DNA of 64,000 nt from the NCBI GenBank assembly GCA_947478395.1, contig CANJVR010000002.1, positions 608,001 through 672,000 of the forward strand, in the 5' to 3' direction. The stretch is from Opitutia bacterium. GTDB taxonomy: Bacteria > Verrucomicrobiota > Verrucomicrobiia > Opitutales > Opitutaceae. Below the pieces are notes generated by a model. It saw only the letters and a program-made list of their open reading frames with translations. It had not been told where the DNA came from and searched no databases. This document shows positions 39,926 through 48,400 of the stretch, piece by piece (the first letter of the stretch is position 1; every line of letters begins with the position of its first letter). Both the position numbers and the translations under genes were made by a program.

Positions 39926-41203
39926 ATGACCTTGATCGAAGACCTCCAATGGCGCGGCCTCCTCGCCGATTGCACCGACCTCCCCGCCCTCGCAAAGCGC
40001 CTGAGCGAGGGGCCCGTGACGGTGTATTGTGGCTTCGACCCCACGGGCGATTCGCTGCACGTCGGCCACCTTATGGGCCAGCTCACGTTGAAGCGCTTTC
40101 AGCTCGCCGGCCATCACGTGCTGCCCCTGGCCGGCGGCGCCACCGGCATGATCGGCGACCCCTCCGGCAAATCCGCCGAGCGCAACCTGCTCACGCGCGA
40201 ACAGCTCGATCACAATCTCAACCGCATCAAGGCGCAGTTGTCGCGCCTCCTCGACTTTCAAGGCTCGGACAATCCCGCGCGTCTGGTCGACAACGCCACG
40301 TGGACGGCTCCCTTGGCTTACCTGGATTTTCTCCGCGACATCGGAAAATATTTTTCGCTCAACGTCATGCTCGCCAAAGATTCCGTGAAATCGCGCATGG
40401 AGGGCGACCACGGGATCAGCTACACCGAATTCAGCTACCAGCTACTGCAGGCCCACGATTTCTATCACCTGCGGAAAACCCACCACTGCGAGCTGCAGAT
40501 CGGCGGCAGCGACCAATGGGGCAACATCACCGCCGGCACTGACCTCATCCGGAAGAAGCTCGGCGTGCCGGCCTGGGGCTGGACGTTCCCACTCATCACG
40601 AAAAGCGACGGCTCGAAGTTCGGCAAAACCGAAGGCGGCGCGGTCTGGCTAGATGCGGAAAAGACGAGCCCGTATAAATTCTATCAGTTCTTTGTGAACA
40701 CCGAGGACGCCAAGGTCGGCGAATACCTCCGCAAGTTTACCCTCCTGCCCCGCGCGGAAATCGAGGAGCTTGAAACCAAACACGCCGCCAATCCGGGCGC
40801 GCGCGAAGCGCACCGGGCCCTGGCGCGCGCAGTCACGACGCTGGTCCATGGCCGCGCCGCTTATGATGCCGCCGTGAAAGCGAGCGAAATTCTCTTCGGC
40901 GCCGAGATCGGCGACACATCGGAGGAAACGTTCCGCGATGTCGTGGGCGAAGTCCCCACCCAGGATCTCGAACGGGCCAAAATCGAAGGTCCCGGAACGG
41001 CGTTGACGGAACTCCTGCTCCACGCCGGCCTCGCGCCGTCAAAAGGTCAGGCCCGCAAAGACATCGAGGGCGGCGGTATCTACCTCAACAACGTTCGGGT
41101 TGCGGAGGCCACGCGAGCGGTCACGACCGCCGACCTGCTCTTCGGAAAGTATCTTCTGCTCCGCAAAGGAAAGCGCTCCTACGCCGTGTTGCAGTCGCGC
41201 TGA
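39926..41203 (+). CDS. tyrS: Tyrosine--tRNA ligase
   Basis: YCGFDPTGDSLHVGH, GDPSG, EFSYQLLQ, QIGGSDQWGN, KFGKT, C-terminal S4 domain; start ATG 39926. Confidence 0.97.
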   Translation: MTLIEDLQWRGLLADCTDLPALAKRLSEGPVTVYCGFDPTGDSLHVGHLMGQLTLKRFQLAGHHVLPLAGGATGMIGDPSGKSAERNLLTREQLDHNLNRIKAQLSRLLDFQGSDNPARLVDNATWTAPLAYLDFLRDIGKYFSLNVMLAKDSVKSRMEGDHGISYTEFSYQLLQAHDFYHLRKTHHCELQIGGSDQWGNITAGTDLIRKKLGVPAWGWTFPLITKSDGSKFGKTEGGAVWLDAEKTSPYKFYQFFVNTEDAKVGEYLRKFTLLPRAEIEELETKHAANPGAREAHRALARAVTTLVHGRAAYDAAVKASEILFGAEIGDTSEETFRDVVGEVPTQDLERAKIEGPGTALTELLLHAGLAPSKGQARKDIEGGGIYLNNVRVAEATRAVTTADLLFGKYLLLRKGKRSYAVLQSR

Positions 41204-41275
41204 CGTCAGTTCCGCGACCACGAATCAGCTCTTATTTCATCGGAAACCGGGCGGACTCCCCGTGCTCTGTGTAAC

Positions 41276-42433
41276 ATGACCGGCGTCAATTCTGCTGCTT
41301 ACGAACTCACGTCAGGGCATTGGCTGCCGACGGGGGAAGCCGCCTACCGCCGGATCCTCGGAGCGATCGGTGAGGCGAAAAAGACGCTGCGATTTGAAAT
41401 GTATATTTTTCGCGCCGACGACACCGGACGGCGTTTTCTGGCCGCCCTCCAATCCGCGGCGCACCGGGGAGTGCAGGTGCAGGTCTTGATCGACGGATTC
41501 GGTTCCCATCAGTTGCCGGCGGATTTTTGGGCCACCCTGCGCGCGAACGGTGGCGAGGTCCGGGTGTTCAATCCATTTACGTGGAGCAGTTTTTCGTTTC
41601 GCGATCATCGCAAGCTCGTGATCGTCGACGACGCCATCGCCTTTGTGGGCGGCTTCAACATCGGTGACGAGTACCACGGCGACGGCATCGCGCGCGGCTG
41701 GCGTGACCTCGGCGCCGAAGTACGAGATAGCGCCCGGGTGATCCCACTCGCCGCCGCCTTCGACGCGATGTACCGCGCCTACGATCTGCGTCACCGGCTC
41801 CTGCACCGCATCCATCACCCCTTGCGGCCGGCCGGCCCGGCCACGCCACCGACCCGGCCCACGGTGCTGCTGACCAGTCCACGGCTGATCGGAAATCAAT
41901 TTCGCCGCGAGTTGCTGCACGCGCTGGGTCAGGCGCAGAACGTCCAACTTATGTTCGGTTATTTTCTCCCCGATTTTCGCCTGCGGCGGGCCTTGCATCG
42001 CGTCGTGCGTCAAGGCGGTCGCGTCGAGCTGATGCTGGCGGGAAGAACCGATGTACCCCTGGCGCAGGTCGCCGCCCGTGCGCTGTACGGTTCGCTGCTA
42101 AAACGCGGCATCAAAATCTGGGAATACCAGCCGCAGATCCTCCACGCCAAACTGGCGATCGTCGATGACGCCGCCTTTGTCGGCTCCTCAAATCTCGACA
42201 CGCGCTCGTTCGGTATAAATTACGAGTTGATGGTCCGGAGCGAAGGCGCCGCCACCGTCAGTGATGCGAGGAAAATATTCGCGAGCGACCGCACCCGCTG
42301 CGTGGAAATCACGCTGCCGGAATGGCGGCGCAGCCAGACGTGGTTAACGCGTTTGCGCGGGCTTGGGGCGCGCATCCTCATCACGCGGATCGATCCGTGG
42401 CTCGCGCGACGCCAGCTCCGCTCGTTTTCGTGA
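41276..42433 (+). CDS. Phospholipase D-family cardiolipin synthase (ClsB-like)
   Basis: Two HKD motifs (HRKLVIVD, HAKLAIVD), GGFNIG, GSSNLD; no N-terminal TM segments. Confidence 0.85.
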   Translation: MTGVNSAAYELTSGHWLPTGEAAYRRILGAIGEAKKTLRFEMYIFRADDTGRRFLAALQSAAHRGVQVQVLIDGFGSHQLPADFWATLRANGGEVRVFNPFTWSSFSFRDHRKLVIVDDAIAFVGGFNIGDEYHGDGIARGWRDLGAEVRDSARVIPLAAAFDAMYRAYDLRHRLLHRIHHPLRPAGPATPPTRPTVLLTSPRLIGNQFRRELLHALGQAQNVQLMFGYFLPDFRLRRALHRVVRQGGRVELMLAGRTDVPLAQVAARALYGSLLKRGIKIWEYQPQILHAKLAIVDDAAFVGSSNLDTRSFGINYELMVRSEGAATVSDARKIFASDRTRCVEITLPEWRRSQTWLTRLRGLGARILITRIDPWLARRQLRSFS

Positions 42434-42438
42434 CGAAT

Positions 42439-42499
42439 TAGCGCGACGCTTCAGTCCGCGTTCCGAAAATAAAAACCGCGGGCTAAAGCACCGCGCTAC
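42439..42499. repeat. Inverted doublet of GTAG REP-like elements (GTAGCGCG family)
   Basis: TAGCGCGACGCTTCAGTCCGCG ... CCGCGGGCTAAAGCACCGCGCTAC between convergent cls and opcA. Confidence 0.6.
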
Positions 42500-42505
42500 T
42501 TCTTT

Positions 42506-43489
42506 TCAGAAAAACATCGCCTCGCTCAGCGCTGCTTCGGGCGGGAGCAGGCTAAGAGCGGTGCTCAACTCAGCCCGGCCGGAGCCAAAATCGGCGGCAA
42601 AGGCGGCGTGGCCCGCGCGGAAATCCCCTTTCCATGAAAACTTTTTTTGTCCGTCGTAGGTGAATTCGAGCGCGAGTACGCCGGGTGAAATCCCTGCCGG
42701 CGCGATACACGAAAAATTGGCCCGCGTATCGCCACAGTTGTCGAGTCGTTCCTTCACCCAAGCCAGCAGGACGCGCGCCTCGGCTTTCTCCTCCGCACCG
42801 TGGGACACGATCACCGATTTCAAACCAGAATTCAGCACGTCCATCGGGTAGCGGCTCAAAAATTGCCCGAGTGACTGGCGAACCGGAAGCAGGCGCGCGT
42901 AAACCAGATCGCGCACCGCTTCGCGTCTGGGCCACGCATAGGTCAGCGCATCCGCCGGAGCCGTCGCACTGTCGAGCAAGACGCGCCGTGCCCGCGTGAG
43001 TAAATAGCGGTAGTCGGCCAGCCGCGCGGTATCGGTGAAGCGATGCGCCCAGTAATAAAGCGGCAGATCCGTGGAGAGACAGATCGAAACCTGGTTTTCC
43101 AAAAACTCGCGCGCCGCCAGCGGGTAACTCAGCATCACGAATTCGACGCAACGCGTGTCGCCCTTCGATTTGCCCAGGAAACACTCCCCATAAACCTTCG
43201 AGCGTAATTCCGTCGCGCCCGCGTCGTCGCCCAGCGGACAAAGCACCACGACCCGGCTGGGATAGCGGCGGGAAAACTCCACCGCGGTATAAAACTGCGC
43301 GGCTGCATCCTCCGGCGTGCAACTCAGGCCGAGGTGCAGGACAAAATTCACCTGCGTGGCTTTCGCATCGTCGTTGGCGGGAGCCGGTCCGCCTTTGGCC
43401 GCCGTGTCGCTCCACATTTTCGCGAGACTTTTTGAAATCGCGCCCACCGGCACTTCAAGGCCGGGAAGTGCGTTAAAAATGGCGGGCAT
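42506..43489 (-). CDS. opcA: Glucose-6-phosphate dehydrogenase assembly protein OpcA-like
   Basis: Directly downstream of zwf; P.R.VVL, DLPLYYW, LLDS, DLVYARL..R..L motifs; start ATG 43489. Confidence 0.75.
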   Translation of the reverse strand: MPAIFNALPGLEVPVGAISKSLAKMWSDTAAKGGPAPANDDAKATQVNFVLHLGLSCTPEDAAAQFYTAVEFSRRYPSRVVVLCPLGDDAGATELRSKVYGECFLGKSKGDTRCVEFVMLSYPLAAREFLENQVSICLSTDLPLYYWAHRFTDTARLADYRYLLTRARRVLLDSATAPADALTYAWPRREAVRDLVYARLLPVRQSLGQFLSRYPMDVLNSGLKSVIVSHGAEEKAEARVLLAWVKERLDNCGDTRANFSCIAPAGISPGVLALEFTYDGQKKFSWKGDFRAGHAAFAADFGSGRAELSTALSLLPPEAALSEAMFF

Positions 43490-43632
43490 CGGGGAAGAAA
43501 AAATTAAAATTTCCAGCACTCAAAAATCCCAGCAATTTTAAAAAGCCAAGGTTCGCGGCCGGCGATGGGAGCGGAATCGAGCTTCCTGGCGGTTTGACCA
43601 ATGTCATGGAGATTTGCCGCGTGGCCGCGGCG

Positions 43633-45171
43633 TCACGGCTGCCGCCACTGGTGGCCGGACTTCATCAGCAGCGCATCCCCACTCGGCGGGCCCCACGAGC
43701 CGGCGGCATAGCTGTCCATGCCCTTGCGGCCTTCGGCCTTCCAGTGATCGAGGACCGGGGTGTAAAGGCCCCAGGAGGTTTCCGCCTCATCGCCGCGGAT
43801 GAAAAGCGTGCCGTCGCCAATCATCGCATCCAGCACGAGTCGTTCATACGCCTCGGGGGTATTCGAACCAAACGTCGTCGCATAGCGGAAACTCATTTTC
43901 ACCGGCTGCGTGCGCGTTTCGAGGCCCGGAATCTTCGTGTTCACGATCAGGCTCAACCCCTCGTCGGGCTGGATTTGAAACGAGAGCGTGTTGGCCGCGA
44001 GGTCGAAGCCGCCGTCCTTCGAAAAGAGCGTGCCCGGCGGACGTTTGAAATTAATCGCGATCTCCGAAACGCGGCGCGCCATGCGTTTGCCGGAACGCAG
44101 GTAGAACGGCACACCTTGCCACCGCCAGTTATTGATCGAGAGCCGGATCGCGGCGTAGGTCTCGGTCCCAGACTCGGGCGCGATTCCGCCCTCTTGCAGG
44201 TAACCCGGGACGGACTTTCCGGCCATCATACCCGCGGCATACTGGGCGCGGGCTACGTCGCCGTTCGGCCCTAGCACGAGCGGTTGGATGGCCTTGAGCA
44301 CTTTGACTTTTTCGTCACGCACCGCCTCGGCATCCATGGACACGGGCGGCTCCATCGCGGTGAGCGCGAGCAATTGCATCGTGTGATTTTGAATCATGTC
44401 GCGCAGACATCCGCTCTGCTCGTAGTAACCGCCGCGCGTGCCGACGCCGACTTCCTCGGCCACCGTGATCTGCACGCTGTCGATGAAATTGCGGTTCCAA
44501 AGCGGCTCGAAAATCGCGTTCGCGAAACGCTGCACCAACAAATCCTGCACGGTTTCTTTGCCGAGATAGTGATCGATACGGTAAACTTGGTACTCCTCAA
44601 ATACCGAACGAATCGTGACGTTGAGTTCGCGGGCGGAGGTCAGGTCTTTGCCGAAAGGTTTTTCGATGATGACTTTCGCGTGATGGCTTTTCCCGAGATG
44701 TTTTCCCGCGAGACCGCTGGCGCCGAGGTTCAATAGAATCGGGGCGAAGACCGAAGGCGGCGTCGAGATGTAGAACAAGACCTGCACCTCGCGGCCGATT
44801 TTCTTTTCGATATCTGCGATGTGCGCCGCGAGCCGGTCGAAAGCGGGTTTATCGTCATAGCCACCGGCCACGTACGAAGTACGCGGCGCAATCCGCGCCC
44901 AGACCTCGGGACTCATTTCACGCCGGGAAAATTCCTTGATCGCATCCGTCGCGAGCGTCCGAAATTCGTCGTCGGGGATCGGTTTGCGGCCGTAACCGAC
45001 CAGATAGAAGTCGGCGGGCAACAGGTTATCATGCGCGAGATTGTAAACCGCCGGGATGAGTTTGCGCGCCGTGAGATCGCCCGATGCACCGAAAATCACG
45101 ACAACCGTGGGCGGTGCCCCGCGATGTTTACTGAGACCCTGAAGGAATGGATGACGCAGGGATTCGGCCAT
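43633..45171 (-). CDS. zwf: Glucose-6-phosphate 1-dehydrogenase
   Basis: FGASGDL, IIEKPFG, RIDHYLGKETV, RDMIQNH, WQGVPFYLRSGK, YAAGSWGP; start ATG 45171. Confidence 0.97.
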   Translation of the reverse strand: MAESLRHPFLQGLSKHRGAPPTVVVIFGASGDLTARKLIPAVYNLAHDNLLPADFYLVGYGRKPIPDDEFRTLATDAIKEFSRREMSPEVWARIAPRTSYVAGGYDDKPAFDRLAAHIADIEKKIGREVQVLFYISTPPSVFAPILLNLGASGLAGKHLGKSHHAKVIIEKPFGKDLTSARELNVTIRSVFEEYQVYRIDHYLGKETVQDLLVQRFANAIFEPLWNRNFIDSVQITVAEEVGVGTRGGYYEQSGCLRDMIQNHTMQLLALTAMEPPVSMDAEAVRDEKVKVLKAIQPLVLGPNGDVARAQYAAGMMAGKSVPGYLQEGGIAPESGTETYAAIRLSINNWRWQGVPFYLRSGKRMARRVSEIAINFKRPPGTLFSKDGGFDLAANTLSFQIQPDEGLSLIVNTKIPGLETRTQPVKMSFRYATTFGSNTPEAYERLVLDAMIGDGTLFIRGDEAETSWGLYTPVLDHWKAEGRKGMDSYAAGSWGPPSGDALLMKSGHQWRQP

Positions 45172-45417
45172 GGCGGAGAAATTTCTCCGCATCCCACGGA
45201 CGTGAGGCAAGGGAAATGGGGCCCGGGCTGAACGACGACGAGGCCCCACCGCGGGATGAAGCCTCAGGCGCCAGGATGCATGCTGGAAAAAAGGAGTGCG
45301 ACGTCCACGACTCGCGTTGCACGATTCGCGAAGGGAGGCCGAAGCCCCGCCCTGCGCTCAAAACCGGCGAGCGATCGCGCGCCCCGAGCGGTTTAATTTT
45401 TTCCGTTGCCGGGTTGA

Positions 45418-45447
45418 GTCGCGGCAGGCGTCTCAGCCTGCCGCTAC
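45418..45447. repeat. REP-like palindrome (GTAGCGGCAGGC family)
   Basis: GTCGCGGCAGGC-GTCTCA-GCCTGCCGCTAC; same core as 9854-9922. Confidence 0.7.
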
Positions 45448-45495
45448 GTTTTTAGCGGCTACGCTTTGGGTTAAACCGCGCTAGCCCTACCCTGA

Positions 45496-48400
45496 TCACG
45501 GATCGACGTCGTAAACTTCCACCAAGGCGATACCGGTGTTGTTGGTGGAGCCCACGCCGCTGAGTTGCGCGGTGTAGGCGCCGGGGGCCAGCATGATGAT
45601 GATCGCCGAATCTTTGCTGCCGTTCGCCAGCGGAAACGCTCCGGCCGCCGTCGAGGCCGCCGCGATCACGGCAGCGTCGTCGCCGGCCGCCCAGTTGTCG
45701 TTAGTCGCGAGGGTCACGCCCGCACCATTGAGCAACTTGAGTTGCGGATCGGGCAACAGACTCGCCGCGGGCAAACCGAAATTCGCCAGGGTCAGACCCA
45801 CGCCGCGAATCAAGAGGCGACGCGAAACCGTCCCGTTCACCACGAAGCCCGCGATCAGAATATTTTCACCGGTGCCGACATTGCCGCGGGTCGAAACGTT
45901 GATCGCTTTCGGTCCGGTCAAGGTCGTACTCGCATCATAAACCTCAATGAGCGCCACCCCGGTGCTCGTACCGGCGCCGCGGGCCTGCACGGTGTAGCTG
46001 CCCGGGTTGAGCGTCGCGAGAATCACGGAATCCAGCGAGTTGTTCGCGAGATTAAACGCGCCGAGCCGGTTCGTCGCCTGCTGGATCGCAGAAACCAGCG
46101 TGGTGTTGGTCGCGGCCACGGTGCTCTGTGTGCCCCAATTGTCATTTGTCTGCACGCTCACGCCCGCAGAGTTGAGCAGAGTGAGATTCGGGTCAGGCAA
46201 CACTCCGGCCACGCCGAAACCCGACAGGCTCGGTCCGATCACGCGAATCAGCATCTGCTTTGTGGCGGTGCCGGTGACAACAAATCCGGCTGTCAGTACA
46301 TTGGCTCCGGTGCCCGCGACGCCGCGGGTCGAGATATTCCCGAGGCGCGTGGGTTGAACGGACAGCGTCAGCAACGCAGGGTCGCTCGTCGTCGACGCGA
46401 CCGCACTCGTCACGACCGCCGAGTAGCTGCCGGTTTTTGTGGTATCGACGTTGGTGACGCTGAGCAGCGGATTGGTCGCGCCGGCAATCGGCGCGCCGTT
46501 GAAGAGCCATTGGTAAGCGAGCGGCGGCTGGCCGACGGCGGCCACGCGGAACAACGCACCGGAACGCGCCGAGACCGTGAGCGCGACGGGCTGCGTCGTG
46601 ATCGTCACGTAACGATACGTGTAGAGCGAACTGCCGAGCAACGAGCTCGCGATGGCCGTGGTGTCGGCCAATGCCGCGAGGGCCGTGACTTGCGCGGCCG
46701 TCGGCTGGGCTTTCAAGAGCTGATAGTAAAGCGCGGCGGAACGGGCGAGATTAAGGAAAGTGGTGTTGGTCGAGTTTTTGACCGTGATAAACTCGGCGAT
46801 GGCCGTGTTCAGGCCGGCAACGGTGTAGCCACGACCGATCGGACCGATCGGTGGCGCCAGCACGACGGTATCGTTGTCGTGGAATTGCACGAGCTCCAGC
46901 GCCGTGGGAGCCCGGCCAAATGCCGACTGCCAGAGGCGCGTCGCGAAGGGCGTATAGGCGTTAGCGTAGCTCGCATTGAGCGTCGCGGCGGTGGTCGAGC
47001 CGTACTTAAAAATATATTCCGGCGATCCGAGGATGAGGCCGATGACCGTCGCGAGATTATTGCGGCTCGCATAGAGCGTCTGGTAGTTCGTGTACGTCGG
47101 CCATTCGTTCATCAACAGGTAGTACACCGCGCACAGGTTCACGTTGTTGTTGAACGCCGGATCGGCGGCCAACGCGGCCGCCAACTGCGCGCGAGTCGTC
47201 GTGCCCGCGGCGATTTGCGCCGAGGAGTTGGCCAGCTCGATCGCGTTGGGATTGCGCACGAGAATGTCCTGGTACGTCTGCAAAATGAAGGCGTCGTCGT
47301 CGATGATTGGGTTGTTGCGCTTGACCGTGACGGTGAACGGCGCGGCGATCGCGGTATTGCCGGTGTTGTCGGTGGCCAGCGCATAGACGCTGAAGGTGCC
47401 CGACGCCGTCGCGGTCCAGTTCAGCAAATAACTCGGCGCGACCGTGCTTGTGCCGACACTCACGCCGTTGGCGAAATATTGGACGGAGCTCACGGTGCCA
47501 TCGGCGTCAAAAGCATTCGCGCTGAGTTGCACCGGCTGGCTGAAGGCGACCGTAGTCTTGTCGGCCGCGATGTTGATCGTCGGCGCCGCACTCGTGGAAT
47601 TGACGACGTTGATGTTCGTCGTGCCCGAAGCGGCGAGATTGCCCGAAGTGTCGCTCGCGATCGCGACAACTTCCGTAGCGCCCGTGGGCAGGCCGGCAAA
47701 AGAGGTATTGATCCGCCAGATGTTGCTCGTCTGGTCGCGCACGGCCTGGCCGATGCTGGAACGGTTCACGAAAAATTCGACGGCAGTCACGATACCATCG
47801 GCGTCGGTCGCGGTGGCGTTGAAGTTCACCGTCGAGTTGGTGGTCACGGTGCCGGGGACGTTGATGGTCACTACCGGAGCGAGGCCGACAAGATTGTTGA
47901 CGACGACATTGCGCGAGGCCGTGGAAACGGTTTGCGCTCCTGCAGAGTCGCTGCTTCGCGCAGTGACGGCATACGTGTTCGCGATCGTGGGCGTCCAGAC
48001 CGCGCGGTACGTATTGGTCGTTCCCACACGTTGGCCGGCGGCGATCTGGGTGCCGTTGCCCAGAAAGACAACGGTGAGCGTCTGCCCAGCGTCGGCGTCC
48101 GCGGCGGTCGCTTCAAGGAAGACCGGGGCGTTGGTGTTCGTCACGGTCGCGTTGTCCGACGGACGAACCAGGATCGCGGTCGGGGCGGTATTGCCGGTGA
48201 CGTTGATCACCACCGAGGCGGAAACGGCGGTATTGCCGGTGTCGTCAGTCGCAACGCCGTAGACGTTGAAGCGCCCGGCGGTCGTAGGCGTGTAGTTTAC
48301 GGTGTACAACGGTCCGGTGGTGGACGTCGCGATGGCGGTGCCGTTCGCGAAATATTGCACCGATGCAATGGTGCCGTCGGGGTCGATCGCGTTGCCGACC

